64,000 bases of DNA. Origin: a virus. Lineage: Duplodnaviria > Caudoviricetes. Both the position numbers and the translations under genes were made by a program. The first letter of the stretch is position 1; each line of letters starts with the position of its first letter. Positions 39,241 through 50,221 of the stretch are shown here, one piece after another. A model generated the notes under the pieces. That model had not been told where the DNA came from, made no database searches, and was given only the letters and a program-made list of their open reading frames with translations. Where the stretch lies: the IMG/VR virus record IMGVR_UViG_2895548450_000001, positions 26,778 to 90,777 of that record. One strand, given 5' to 3'.

Positions 39241-39260
39241 CTAAAAACAGGAAATTGACG

Positions 39261-40151
39261 ATGTATTTTAAAAACGCAAAGATTTATTCACTCACTCAAA
39301 ATGTTGACTTGTCTAACCTAGGCCCAGCGCTAGAGGCAATCCCCTTTCACCCTTGTGGTTCACATACCCTAGCCTCTTTAGGTTTTGCACCTATCATTGG
39401 TTCTTTACTGGCTCACGAAGTTCAAGGTATTTACACGGTTAAGCTTTTAAAAGAGAGCAAGATACTACCGGCCCGTGTTATCAACCGTGAGTTAGAAGAA
39501 AAAGTTAAGTTGATTGAAGCGGAAACGGGGTCACCGGTTGGCAAGAAGCAACGCTCAGATTTAAAAGAGCAAATCGTAGCCCAGCTAACTCCGCGTGCTT
39601 TCACGGATCAAACCTCAACCATTGGCACCATCATCCCAGAGCATAAACTTGTGTTCGTGAATGCCTCTTCAGATGGTGAGGCCGAAATCTTCCTTGCGGT
39701 ACTTCGTAAAGCGCTGGGTAGTTTACCTGTAGTTCCCTTCGCAAGACGCTCACTTGCTTCAGACTTAACAAGCTGGCTTGTTAATGGCCACCCTGACAAG
39801 TTCGAATTGCTCGAAGAGACTGAGCTTCAAGCCACAGATGAAACCAAAGCAGTTATCCGAGCCAAGAACCAAGAACTTGCATCTGAAGAAATTCAACTGT
39901 GTTTAGACTCAGGCAAGCTCGTTCAGAAACTTGCGGTCAGTTACGACGACCAGTTAACCGCTATGCTTTGCGAAGATGGTTCTGTTAAGCGTATCAAGTA
40001 TTCCGAGCGCTTGATTGAAGAAAGCGATGATATTCCTAAGGACCAACAGGAAGCGCGTCTTGATTCAGAAATCTATCTTGGGGCCAGTGCACTTCTAGAC
40101 TTGGCGCTGGACCTTAAAGCGGCGTTTAACCTTGATGCTGATGAAGTGTAA
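39261..40151 (+). CDS. rdgC: Recombination-associated protein RdgC
   Basis: MYFKNAKIY, KILPARVI, PRAF, LRKALGSLPVVP. Confidence 0.92.
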   Translation: MYFKNAKIYSLTQNVDLSNLGPALEAIPFHPCGSHTLASLGFAPIIGSLLAHEVQGIYTVKLLKESKILPARVINRELEEKVKLIEAETGSPVGKKQRSDLKEQIVAQLTPRAFTDQTSTIGTIIPEHKLVFVNASSDGEAEIFLAVLRKALGSLPVVPFARRSLASDLTSWLVNGHPDKFELLEETELQATDETKAVIRAKNQELASEEIQLCLDSGKLVQKLAVSYDDQLTAMLCEDGSVKRIKYSERLIEESDDIPKDQQEARLDSEIYLGASALLDLALDLKAAFNLDADEV

Positions 40152-40162
40152 GGAGATTGACG

Positions 40163-40603
40163 ATGCCAGAGTATAAACCAGACATAAATGTAACGACCGC
40201 GTTCAATAATGAAGTGATTGAACAGTCCGTAGCGTTCCCAAGACAGGAATCGTTATTCAATCATATAACGAAGCAAATTGTTTTCTTACAAGACGAGGGT
40301 ATTAATCAAGCGTTGTATAAGCTGGGCTACCTTAACCCTAAACAAGTTATTGCGCTCAAAGACGCTTACCTCGCAGCAAAACATAACGAGGGGGGCGTAC
40401 AGCGTGTTATGGGCGAGTTAGGTAGGCTCTTTGATGAGCCAGCCATCCCTTCTGAAAAGCCAGAAGAAAGCGCACCTGAAGTAGTAGTTAGAAATAAACC
40501 CGAAGGCCCACAGAACGAGAAGATACCCCCTACTGTTACAAAAATGTGCGGGTCCTTTTCGGAGGGCGGGTATATTTATAACAAGAAGCCCGAGTCAAAA
40601 TAA
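40163..40603 (+). CDS. Hypothetical protein
   Basis: Start motif. Confidence 0.7.
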   Translation: MPEYKPDINVTTAFNNEVIEQSVAFPRQESLFNHITKQIVFLQDEGINQALYKLGYLNPKQVIALKDAYLAAKHNEGGVQRVMGELGRLFDEPAIPSEKPEESAPEVVVRNKPEGPQNEKIPPTVTKMCGSFSEGGYIYNKKPESK

Positions 40604-43476
40604 TGTACTCGCAAATTAACGAGAGAACTGGACTGGTCGAGCAATTGGTTGATGCTCGTAACGTCCACGTTCTCGAAGAAATCAAAGCTAAAATTAACCA
40701 GATGGGACAGCCTGTGGGTTTCGATATCGAAACCCATGACGCTGACAGGCACGAAGGCCTGAACCAATTCATGAAGTTAAACAAAGATGATGAGGACTAT
40801 CGCAACCCTAAGAAGCTGGTCTTTGATATCAATAGAACGACGGTAACAGGCTTTTCTCTGTATATCCGAGGGGATGCCACGGTTTATTATGCAAACGCCG
40901 CTCACGCTGATGCAGACAACCGTATAGCGCCTGATGTTATACGTAGTTTTGTTCAGTATATGGCAGACCATCCGCTGAAGATAATTCATAACTACCCCTT
41001 TGAGCGGACGATGTGCTTTAAAAGCCTAGGTATCGATTTAGGTTGGAACTACGTAGACACGCTTCAAATGGCGGTATCCGCTTACAACTCTGACCAATAC
41101 GATATTGAGATATTTAGACGCGCTGACCTGATGGGTATTAAGAAGCTTATCCCTCAGATTCGCCGTACCTTCGCGGGGGTTCAAGACTTTAGAAAACTCG
41201 ATACCGCCCAACAAGAACTTATGCAAAAGGTATTGGGTAAAGACTCGAAGGCCGACCATAGCTACAACGGTTTTGTAAAGTCGATTAACTATGGGTACAA
41301 CCTAAAGCAGATCACAGAACGTATCTTTGGTTACAAGCAGACCTCATTTAAAGATGCGCTTCAAGGTAAAGCCCATATGGGATTGCTTACCGGTGAAGAG
41401 GTGCTACACTACGGTGCTGATGATGCTTACTGGTGTGTACGTATTTATGATTGGCTTTGCCAGTTCATGCAGAACACGAACCCTGCAGTTTTACGTACCT
41501 TCTTCGAGCAAGAAAACCCAATGTGTTATGTCTACTCTGATTGCTGGGTTAAAGGCTGGCGTGTTAACAAAGACGCGGTTCTTTCCCGCCGTGAAACGGA
41601 ACGCGCCAACTATATCGAAGTAATTAAGGAGTTAGGCGAACTACTTCAAACCTTGGAGTTCCCCGAGGCCCCTGCCCCGCGTCTCTATCAGAAGCAACCT
41701 AAATGGTATGTCGGTAAAGAAGGTATTTCGTACCAGCGCTATCGAGACAAGATATTGTTTCTAAAGGAGGGCTATGCGGACTTTATACAAGCATACGACC
41801 AAGATATGGCCGTTGAGGACTTCGATTTCGCCACGCTAACCTCGGGGCCGGTATCAATACCCTGGATGGCCGAAGAAAAGTTCAAGCTCAAGAAGAAGGA
41901 ACTCGACTTACGCGGCAACTTCTCACATTACATGGTACAGCGCACGCTATTCCACGACCTACTGTATCTACCGTTCGTTTATATCAAAGGGGATATCAAA
42001 ACGGATGCGGAAGCACGCGGAAAGTTGATTGAGTTTGCGGAACGCTTAGGATCAGAACCCGCGCTTTGGGTTAAGGAATGGAAACGCTATGGTCAGTTAG
42101 CCGAGCTGCCGGACGAAACTTTACAAGTTCTTGCTGAACAGTGTTGTGAACAGTATCCAACGGATACTGCTAAGCAGATTATAAACGCGATTAATAAGCT
42201 GGCCCAGATAGAACAGCGAATGAAGTTGTATATCACGAACTACCTGTTACTTACGGACCCTGATACAGACCGCATGTACCCGATTATTAGTTCGCGACTT
42301 AACACGCGCCGGATGGCCGCTGAGAACCCTAACCCGATGCAGTTAAGTAAACGTGGTGAGTCTACCTATATTCGTGGGTTCTTCTTACCGCACAGAGACG
42401 ACCATTTATTGGTTGCTGTGGATTGGTCTCAGGTAGAACTTGTGTTGATTGGGGAGCTAAGTAAAGACCCTAACTTCCAGAAGGCTTATGGCCAGATACC
42501 TTACGATGATTTGCATTTAGGCGCGGCAACCTCAGCAATCAAAGTTTTCTACCCTGATTTTACTTCGGGAATGTTGGCCAGCGTGAAGAACCTCGAGGGC
42601 CAAGAATTAGAAGCGTTCAAACTACAGTATTCCAGAGTGCTTATAGACCCAGTTAAAAACGCCGCGCTTGAACCTTATGAAGTTGCTAAGTGGTGGCGTG
42701 GTTCAGCCGGTAAACCTTCTAACTTCGGTTACTGGTACTCGGGCTCTCTAATGACGGTACAGGATAAGCTAGGTTGGACGTCGGATGAAATGTGGGCGGG
42801 TACCGACAACTATCGAGATACCTTCCCTGTTGCAGAGCAATGGAGAATAAACACCCAGCGCGAGATTGAAGTACAAGGTTACGTTGATATCTTCGATGGC
42901 CACAGACGTTACAAATACGAAGGTACCAACGATTGGTTCTATCACTTCACGGCCAAGTGGGATGCGTATAACGATCCGGTATTGTCACAGTTCGGTGCGT
43001 TTATCGCTAAGAAGATTCAACGCCGAGCTGGGAACCAAGCGGTAAATGCTAAAATTCAAGGTGGTTGTGCAACGTTAGCTAAGCGCTCGATGCTCAAACT
43101 ATGGCACGAGATTAATGCCCCAGATACAAAATGGGACGCAGATATCGTAATGCCTATTCACGATGAATTAGTATTTAGTGTACGATGGGACCAAGCTGTT
43201 GATTTCGGTCAACGCATACTCGAAGTGATGTGTAGTCACCCTGACTTAGTGAGCTGGTTGAAACTAGATGGTACCGTTTCAGTTGGTCGCACGCTCGAGC
43301 CGTATCACCCAACGAAGGCCCCGTTCGGTCAAGTCGAACTCGATGAAGCACCGGAGCTTGAAGGGTATATTCCAAAGGAACTGAAAGATACTAAGCTCAC
43401 CACGGAATACCGACATAATGTAGTTGCTTATCTTATGGGACACGATCCTTTAGTCCCTGTGGAGGTGGCCGCATGA
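40603..43476 (+). CDS. Family A DNA polymerase with 3'-5' exonuclease
   Basis: DIET, YGADD, PNPMQL, DWSQVEL, KPSNFGYWY, IQG, HDEL. Confidence 0.93.
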   Translation: MYSQINERTGLVEQLVDARNVHVLEEIKAKINQMGQPVGFDIETHDADRHEGLNQFMKLNKDDEDYRNPKKLVFDINRTTVTGFSLYIRGDATVYYANAAHADADNRIAPDVIRSFVQYMADHPLKIIHNYPFERTMCFKSLGIDLGWNYVDTLQMAVSAYNSDQYDIEIFRRADLMGIKKLIPQIRRTFAGVQDFRKLDTAQQELMQKVLGKDSKADHSYNGFVKSINYGYNLKQITERIFGYKQTSFKDALQGKAHMGLLTGEEVLHYGADDAYWCVRIYDWLCQFMQNTNPAVLRTFFEQENPMCYVYSDCWVKGWRVNKDAVLSRRETERANYIEVIKELGELLQTLEFPEAPAPRLYQKQPKWYVGKEGISYQRYRDKILFLKEGYADFIQAYDQDMAVEDFDFATLTSGPVSIPWMAEEKFKLKKKELDLRGNFSHYMVQRTLFHDLLYLPFVYIKGDIKTDAEARGKLIEFAERLGSEPALWVKEWKRYGQLAELPDETLQVLAEQCCEQYPTDTAKQIINAINKLAQIEQRMKLYITNYLLLTDPDTDRMYPIISSRLNTRRMAAENPNPMQLSKRGESTYIRGFFLPHRDDHLLVAVDWSQVELVLIGELSKDPNFQKAYGQIPYDDLHLGAATSAIKVFYPDFTSGMLASVKNLEGQELEAFKLQYSRVLIDPVKNAALEPYEVAKWWRGSAGKPSNFGYWYSGSLMTVQDKLGWTSDEMWAGTDNYRDTFPVAEQWRINTQREIEVQGYVDIFDGHRRYKYEGTNDWFYHFTAKWDAYNDPVLSQFGAFIAKKIQRRAGNQAVNAKIQGGCATLAKRSMLKLWHEINAPDTKWDADIVMPIHDELVFSVRWDQAVDFGQRILEVMCSHPDLVSWLKLDGTVSVGRTLEPYHPTKAPFGQVELDEAPELEGYIPKELKDTKLTTEYRHNVVAYLMGHDPLVPVEVAA

Positions 43477-43676
43477 GTTCGCATATTCCAGGGGTGATAG
43501 TACAGCTTACTCCTGAGGCTGAGTTTTGTTGTGGTTCTTTGTGTGATAAGTCTCGGCTTATCACACAAATAAGTAGCCAGATAGAACGCGCCTTATTACT
43601 TGAACATGCGTTGCGGGAACTAAACCCGCAACATCCTTTACTGAGAGACAAACATGGCCCCAGCAACCGGAAATAA
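43473..43676 (+). CDS. Hypothetical protein
   Basis: ATGA overlap, GGAGG RBS. Confidence 0.55.
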   Translation: MSSHIPGVIVQLTPEAEFCCGSLCDKSRLITQISSQIERALLLEHALRELNPQHPLLRDKHGPSNRK

Positions 43677-44340
43677 CTTACCAGCTCCGTTTTCGTATCT
43701 ACTTGGAAAACACTGGTGTACTTTGGATACTGAAACGACAGGTATAGGCCATGGCCATCAAATCGTAGAAATTGCGGTAAAAGATGGACTAACCGGAAAA
43801 GTATTGCTTGATACATTGGTACGCCCTACTCGGGATATTGACCCTAAAGCACAAGCTGTTCACGGCATTAGCCTTCAGTCCTGTGCTTTGGCACCCACTT
43901 GGCCGGAGGTTCGCTATAAGCTGATAGAGGCTGTGAGAGGTAAAACAGTCATTATCTATAACGCTAACTTCGATATTCAGATGCTCGTTCAAACAAATGC
44001 CGCTTGGAATATTAACTGTAACGCGTACTTTGGCGCCAAAGAATACTTCTGCGCTATGACGGAGTATTCCAGAAGGGCTCGTATCTATAATCACCTTCAT
44101 GGTCGCAACCGCAGCTTTAAGCTAGTAGATGCCGCCGCGCTTGAGGGTATTACACCGAATGGGACCTTACACCGTGCGGTATCGGATTGTGATCTAACTT
44201 ACGATTTGGTTCACAAGATAATGTCTGAGTTCGTTGTATCCGCTAATGAACCACAGTTTGAGGAACTAGGACCGGAGTTTGACGACCCTAACTGGGAAGA
44301 AGTGGATATGCCGGACGCTGCACCGTGGAGAGAATTTTGA
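43654..44340 (+). CDS. DEDDh 3'-5' exonuclease
   Basis: LDTETTG, YNANFD, HRAVSD. Confidence 0.92.
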   Translation: MAPATGNNLPAPFSYLLGKHWCTLDTETTGIGHGHQIVEIAVKDGLTGKVLLDTLVRPTRDIDPKAQAVHGISLQSCALAPTWPEVRYKLIEAVRGKTVIIYNANFDIQMLVQTNAAWNINCNAYFGAKEYFCAMTEYSRRARIYNHLHGRNRSFKLVDAAALEGITPNGTLHRAVSDCDLTYDLVHKIMSEFVVSANEPQFEELGPEFDDPNWEEVDMPDAAPWREF

Positions 44341-44546
44341 ATACCGAACTAGAGTTTTACGTTTGGGGTTTATGGATAGCGCTGGTAATTACAGCGCTCT
44401 ATATTATCCCCCGCTATATACGAGAGCGAATCGCTCAATCTAAGAAAATGGCCCTAGGTTCAGAACCTTACGAGCCGTTTCAGGAACCTAAGACGGAGAA
44501 CGATTTAACTACCATTGAGAAAAACGATTCAGGACGACTAATCTGA
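44325..44546 (+). CDS. Small single-TM protein
   Basis: One hydrophobic helix; start uncertain. Confidence 0.5.
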   Translation: MERILNTELEFYVWGLWIALVITALYIIPRYIRERIAQSKKMALGSEPYEPFQEPKTENDLTTIEKNDSGRLI

Positions 44547-44635
44547 TTAATAAAAATCCAGTCAGTTTACCAGCAACTCGCTTGATTACTTTTTATAATG
44601 CTGGTCTCATACTTAAAAATTAAAGGAAATTGACG

Positions 44636-45244
44636 ATGATACTTAACGGTATTAAATATGACTTTTTAACACCTGAAATCTTTAAAAAGTTTTTCAGCGA
44701 TATTACTGATTTCAGAACCGCTTTTGACTTGCCGATAGGTGTCCCTTACCGCTCAGAAGACTATCAATTACACTTCGACTTATATCGAGAGGAAATGCGT
44801 GAGCTTTTTAGTGCTCATAAGCGCAAGGATAAGCTTGACGCTATTCTAGATAGTCTCTATGTGTTGTTTGGTAAATACGTTCACTTCGATATCGTTCTGG
44901 ATGAGCAAGAACCTTGCGAACTAAACGTAGTTGAAACACTTCTATCTTCATCAGAAGAACTAAACTTCGATATCCTTAAAGGCTGGGATATCGTCCATCA
45001 CTCGAATATGAGTAAGCTATGCAACGATGATAACGTGCAAGCGACACTCGACCACTACACTTCCTTAGGTGTTAGTGTTGAAGCAAAACCTGTAACACTT
45101 ACCAATAAAAATAAAAATGAAGGTACCGCGCTCTGGGCCGTGAAGGTTAAAGAAGAGAGTACCGATCATAATGGTAAAAGCTATGCTGCTGGCAAAGTGC
45201 TTAAGTCTGTTGATTATACCCCTGCAGACCTAAGTAAACTTTGA
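44636..45244 (+). CDS. MazG-like NTP pyrophosphohydrolase
   Basis: EEMREL, DAILDSLYV, VHHSNMSK, GKVLKS. Confidence 0.85.
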   Translation: MILNGIKYDFLTPEIFKKFFSDITDFRTAFDLPIGVPYRSEDYQLHFDLYREEMRELFSAHKRKDKLDAILDSLYVLFGKYVHFDIVLDEQEPCELNVVETLLSSSEELNFDILKGWDIVHHSNMSKLCNDDNVQATLDHYTSLGVSVEAKPVTLTNKNKNEGTALWAVKVKEESTDHNGKSYAAGKVLKSVDYTPADLSKL

Positions 45245-45294
45245 TGAAGTCGGCCCTCACTTAGAGGGCCGCTACAATTTGGATTAAATTGACG

Positions 45295-48200
45295 ATGGCT
45301 AACCAAGTAGAACAAAAGTTTTACCTGACACTCTTTACCAACTCCACCGGAGTGCTCACTAAAGAGCTGCGAATGGAGCATGGTAAAATTATAAGTGATG
45401 CACCAAAGATGGTGACAGGTACCGCAAAACGCGTAGAACTAACATTAACTGAACTGCCGGACTTTATAAAGAGTCTCAACCATAACCAGTGCTTTACTCC
45501 TGGCATTATGGATACGGAACATGAGTTTGTTGAGGTTCTAACCAGCAACGAGTTTGAGCGTCGAGGATACCAATACCCAGTTCACGTAGATGAGACGGGT
45601 GTATATGGCACACGTTCTTCAAAATCTATGATCACAAAAGGTCCTAGCTTAGTTCTTTTCGATTACGACAAAGACGAACACGCAAAACTAAAAATCAAAG
45701 GCCCTGAGGAATTCCTAACGCATCTTAATAATGCAGTTCCAGAACTAGAATTAAATAACACGGACTACATTAGAACCTACAGTACCTCTACGTCATTATT
45801 CGACAAAGAAACCAATAAGGTAATACGCCCCGCGGATGGCTTCCATATTTATATGCTGGTTGAGAAAGGGGAAGATATTGCTCGATTTGGCAAGATGCTT
45901 GAGAAGCGTTGCTGGATGGCTGGCCTAGGCCACATTAAAGTGAGCGCGAGTGGGGGCCGACTACCACGAACAGTTTTCGATACCTCAGTTTTCCAGCCAG
46001 AACGTCTATGTTTTGAAGCTGGCGCATTTATTCGAGCCAAAGAGAACTTCTACCAGAATTTACCGAAAGGCGAGATTAACCGTAAAGGTAAGCGGTTATT
46101 AAAAACTAAGCTTCTGAAGGACTTTACACCTACTCAAGATAAAGAATTTCGTCGTGTTGTTGAGTTAGAAAAACAATCTAAAGACGTAATGGAACGTGTA
46201 TCTGAATTTAGAGAAGTAAAAGTTCAGAGAATGGTTAACACCACACACTACACGCAAATGCCGCTTTCTCGTGACGACGCTATGAAGATAGTCAAGGCAC
46301 ATGAGAACAAGATACTTCACCCTGCGGATGTTCTAGAGTTTGAAGATGGTCGTATAACCAGCGTGCTTGAAGCGTTCTTAAACCCTACGCTTTATGATGG
46401 TGCCCAATTACAAGACCCACTACGCCCTGAGAAAGGCTATTCGAAAGCTAAGTTCTACGCCAACGCTGGCCGCTATGGTGACTACAACCCGACGATACAC
46501 TCGTTTGTGGAAGGTGAGAGAAACTTTGAGCTGCGTGAGTCTATTGAGACCTTTATGAGTAAGACCGAGACTACCGAGTCTAGGCTTGAGGAATTCGATT
46601 CTAAAGCTATGGTTATTAACCAGCGCTATCTACCAGAGCTAAGACTACGCCCTGGCATAACACTGGTGAAAAGCGATAAAGGTACCGGTAAAACGTTTAT
46701 GCTTAGGAATCAAGTAAAGGATACCGAAGTCCGAGTTATTGCTATCAGTCACCTTATCTCGTTAGTTAACTCACTTTCAAAACAGTTCAATCTTGCAGAC
46801 TACAATGAAATTGAAAGCGAACGGTTGCACTCGTTACGTATGCAAAAACGCTTAGGTATCTGCCTTAATTCGATATACAAGCTTCAAGGCCAGAACTACG
46901 ACATTGTTATTATGGATGAGGTTTGTCAGCTTGTACGTGCAATTAAAGCGACAACCGTTGATAAACCGGCAGCGTGTTTGAAAGTGCTTCGCGAGATTAT
47001 CGCTGGCGCTAAATATGTGGTTTGTATGGATGCCGACTTAAACAAAGAGTTCGTGGACCTAATGAGAGACCCTGACTTTGGTATTCTTCCTCAAGAACGT
47101 GCAATGAACGTCGTTATCAACAATTATCGTCCAGCTCGAGAGCAAGGCCGACAAGTAACGCTGTATCAAGATACCGATGGGAAGGGTGACACCTCTGCGT
47201 TTGTTGAGTCTTTGATCAACGAAGCTAAAACCGAGGGCTTATTCTACGCCTCAAACTCTAAAGTTGATGTACTTAAAAAAGCTGCAACGATTATTGAGGA
47301 ACTGGGGGGTGATGGCCAGATTGAGCATGAACACTTTATAACCGAAGTGAATGGACGCCGAGTTATTACTATCACCAGTAACAACTCCCAGACCCCAGAC
47401 GTTCAAGCCTTCATTCGAGACTTAAATGGTAACCTTAAAGAAGATGATATTTTTATGTCCTCCCCTTCTATGGGTACCGGCCACTCAATTGATGCTACAG
47501 AAATGGGGGCTAAGTTTAAAAAGACTTTTGCGTTCTTTACTAAAATGGCGGGTAACCTCCCTTCGGATTGCTTGCAGCATATGAGCCGCGTTCGTGAGTG
47601 CACCGACTATCACATTATGTATTTGGATAATGCGAGACGTTACCCTACCGCTCCCTTAGAAATCGTTCAAAAAGAGGTTTTTGGTAACCGGAACACCATT
47701 GATAATAAACTCTGTGTTCAATTTATTTCGGAGTACGACCATGCCACGGAACGTTTGAAAATAAATGACCATGGTTGGTCGGACTGGTATGGCCAACTAA
47801 AGAGTTTTGAAAATAATAAGCTTAATCACTTTTCTAAAAACTTGGTCAACGCTTTAGAAAATGAAGGTTACCAAATAAACACGCTTTATACGCTGGCCTC
47901 TGAAGAAGGCTACAATTTAAAAATGCTGATGGACGAACTAACAGACCAGATTAGAGAAGTAGAGAAACAAAAACTTCGTGAAACGGAGCTGTTATCGGAC
48001 GAAGAATTTGAAATCTTAGATAACCAGACTTTGAAAAATGCGGAGGAACAACGTCAGCTACTTAAGAAACGACAAGCGCGACTCTTTGGCCTAGAGGCTG
48101 GGGATGAGCTTAACGATGTAGTTACTATGTCAACACAGGCACTTAATGGCCGACGTAAGGGCTTACTCTTAGGGGCTAATAATGACGACCTTTTCCTTAT

Positions 48201-48798
48201 CGATATGATTAACCGCTTTGATACAAAGCGTCATGATAAAGATAAAACAGCGTTTGCGGACCACCAAGGCTTAGGCCGCGGGTTCTTCTACCATTTAGGC
48301 GTGGAATTTCTAAATGATATACCAACTTATGATGGTCGAGAGATAACGAATTTAGAAAAAGATCGCGCTTTTGATTTTCTATTAGCACACTCGAGAGATT
48401 TAGAAATTCTGCAGGGAATTCGTATGCCGTTATGTGATACGGACAAGAAGCGTCATGAGTTTGTTCGCCGTGTACTTACTTCGTTCGGTATGAAGTTTAG
48501 AAGAGAGAAAAAACGTGTCGGTCTAAGCTCTGTTTATAAATACTATTTAGATGATGAGCGTTTTAATCGCTGGGCTGAGGATGTGAGAAGAGCGAAGGAA
48601 TCTTCAGATAGCACCATGTTTACGGGTCTAGAAGAGATACCTGGGAATTTGAAAGCCTATGTTTTCCAAGCCCTAGCGGGGTCACCGCAAGTTTCTGAAT
48701 TGCATCCTTATATTTCTAAATTGCACCCTGAAATACAAAACCGGTTAATAAGCTTGTTAAATAATAAACTGTTTATGGTAACGACTAAAGTTGCATAA
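45295..48798 (+). CDS. Large replication protein: primase-like N-domain plus origin-binding SF2-type helicase
   Basis: LFDYD/STS/GFHIY AEP-like motifs; KGTGKT, IMDEVCQ, MDAD, SPSMGTG, QHMSRVR. Confidence 0.75.
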   Translation: MANQVEQKFYLTLFTNSTGVLTKELRMEHGKIISDAPKMVTGTAKRVELTLTELPDFIKSLNHNQCFTPGIMDTEHEFVEVLTSNEFERRGYQYPVHVDETGVYGTRSSKSMITKGPSLVLFDYDKDEHAKLKIKGPEEFLTHLNNAVPELELNNTDYIRTYSTSTSLFDKETNKVIRPADGFHIYMLVEKGEDIARFGKMLEKRCWMAGLGHIKVSASGGRLPRTVFDTSVFQPERLCFEAGAFIRAKENFYQNLPKGEINRKGKRLLKTKLLKDFTPTQDKEFRRVVELEKQSKDVMERVSEFREVKVQRMVNTTHYTQMPLSRDDAMKIVKAHENKILHPADVLEFEDGRITSVLEAFLNPTLYDGAQLQDPLRPEKGYSKAKFYANAGRYGDYNPTIHSFVEGERNFELRESIETFMSKTETTESRLEEFDSKAMVINQRYLPELRLRPGITLVKSDKGTGKTFMLRNQVKDTEVRVIAISHLISLVNSLSKQFNLADYNEIESERLHSLRMQKRLGICLNSIYKLQGQNYDIVIMDEVCQLVRAIKATTVDKPAACLKVLREIIAGAKYVVCMDADLNKEFVDLMRDPDFGILPQERAMNVVINNYRPAREQGRQVTLYQDTDGKGDTSAFVESLINEAKTEGLFYASNSKVDVLKKAATIIEELGGDGQIEHEHFITEVNGRRVITITSNNSQTPDVQAFIRDLNGNLKEDDIFMSSPSMGTGHSIDATEMGAKFKKTFAFFTKMAGNLPSDCLQHMSRVRECTDYHIMYLDNARRYPTAPLEIVQKEVFGNRNTIDNKLCVQFISEYDHATERLKINDHGWSDWYGQLKSFENNKLNHFSKNLVNALENEGYQINTLYTLASEEGYNLKMLMDELTDQIREVEKQKLRETELLSDEEFEILDNQTLKNAEEQRQLLKKRQARLFGLEAGDELNDVVTMSTQALNGRRKGLLLGANNDDLFLIDMINRFDTKRHDKDKTAFADHQGLGRGFFYHLGVEFLNDIPTYDGREITNLEKDRAFDFLLAHSRDLEILQGIRMPLCDTDKKRHEFVRRVLTSFGMKFRREKKRVGLSSVYKYYLDDERFNRWAEDVRRAKESSDSTMFTGLEEIPGNLKAYVFQALAGSPQVSELHPYISKLHPEIQNRLISLLNNKLFMVTTKVA

Positions 48799-48889
48799 AG
48801 GGTTATTCTTAAGCATAATAACTATTAAATAATATAATAACTATAAGGCTCCGCTAGGGGCCTTTTAAATATAAATTGACGAGTCGAGC

Positions 48890-49396
48890 ATGGATAACGC
48901 CACTTTTGGAATTGAAGGCGTCAGCCTTAAACATAATTCTAAAAAACTTCAATTTGAAAAACCTATCCATTGCTGGCTGTGGGTGGTTACTTATTGTCGA
49001 AAAAATAAATTTAGAATTTTCACAAACAAACCCTTAAGTCGTGATATTTATGACCAGCTTCGAGCGGTTATCTCTCCGAAGAAAGTAAGCTCGAGAGAGC
49101 TGTACGACGCCATAGGCTTTCACGTTAATTCTATAAAATACCTTAATCGTATTCGCACCGGAGCCCAGCGTTTTAATCTGTGGGGTAAGCCGGACGGTAA
49201 GGTCACTGAATCGGAATCTGACTACGCTAGAAAGCGAATGGTTGAACTACATTCTATGTACTTGCGTGCTAAGCGTAAGAACAAGAAGCAAGGGATTATC
49301 GTAAATCAAAAAGTGGGGCGTGGTATGCGTCAGAAGTCCACGACGGATAATACAGATAAACCCAAAAGAGTATTGACTCTAAATAAAACAAAATAA
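48890..49396 (+). CDS. ProQ/FinO-domain RNA chaperone
   Basis: KPL...YLNRIRTGAQRFNLWGKPDGKVT matches FinO/ProQ core; basic tail. Confidence 0.75.
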   Translation: MDNATFGIEGVSLKHNSKKLQFEKPIHCWLWVVTYCRKNKFRIFTNKPLSRDIYDQLRAVISPKKVSSRELYDAIGFHVNSIKYLNRIRTGAQRFNLWGKPDGKVTESESDYARKRMVELHSMYLRAKRKNKKQGIIVNQKVGRGMRQKSTTDNTDKPKRVLTLNKTK

Positions 49397-49421
49397 GTTT
49401 TATACAATTAGGAAATTGACG

Positions 49422-49829
49422 ATGCAAAACACTGGTAAAACCTCCGAAGATATCTTCGAAGAGAATATGAAAGCGCTGGGCGCTCATGTATATCGCTTCG
49501 AAGATCATGCTGATGTAAACAAGTCCCGCGTTCGTAAGCGTATTGTTTCATCCAAACCCTCTGATTTTCTTGTGACTCAGAAAGGCTTAACGTCCTTCGC
49601 GGAAGTAAAGAGTATTTCTGAAAGCCCTCGTTTTGATTTCTCTCGAATTGAAAAGCGTCAGTGGCGTGAAGCGACAAAGGTAACCAAAGCTAAAGGCCTC
49701 TACTACTTCTATCTTCATTTCATAAGTATTGATGGGTGGTTTAAAGTCCCCGCGGACCTAATTCTAAGCTGGCCTAAGAAGTCTATGCGTTATGACGAAC
49801 TCACCCAGTTCCAATTTACGTGGGGGTAA
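49422..49829 (+). CDS. PD-(D/E)xK nuclease, RecU-like resolvase
   Basis: GKTSE, PSDF, AEVKS, Q motif. Confidence 0.75.
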   Translation: MQNTGKTSEDIFEENMKALGAHVYRFEDHADVNKSRVRKRIVSSKPSDFLVTQKGLTSFAEVKSISESPRFDFSRIEKRQWREATKVTKAKGLYYFYLHFISIDGWFKVPADLILSWPKKSMRYDELTQFQFTWG

Positions 49830-49833
49830 CCTT

Positions 49834-50211
49834 ATGCTTGAGGTTACTTGTAATTGGGCCTTACATGCTAAAACCGAGATCAACACCTTAATTTGGCAAA
49901 ACGCTCGGCTGGCTAAACTGGTTTTGTTGTGGCGAAGAGGACATATAACAGACCAGAACTTTATACCTCGAATCGTTCAACCGTGGGAACCGGATGAGGA
50001 ATCGGAAGAGTTTGAAGACTTTAACGAGTTAAAAAATCCTAATGCTGCCTACAAGGTTTTAGCCTACGCCAACAGCGGTCAAGGTTGGAGACCAAGGTAT
50101 TTAGATATAGACAACTTTATTAAAGAATACTGGCCTTACTTTAGCCCAGCTTTAAATTGGAAAATTAGAGTTAACTTTACCGAGGGACAAGTACCCTCGA
50201 TTATTATTTAG
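49834..50211 (+). CDS. Hypothetical protein
   Basis: Operon packing; start corrected. Confidence 0.6.
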   Translation: MLEVTCNWALHAKTEINTLIWQNARLAKLVLLWRRGHITDQNFIPRIVQPWEPDEESEEFEDFNELKNPNAAYKVLAYANSGQGWRPRYLDIDNFIKEYWPYFSPALNWKIRVNFTEGQVPSIII

Positions 50212-50221
50212 GAAATTGACG

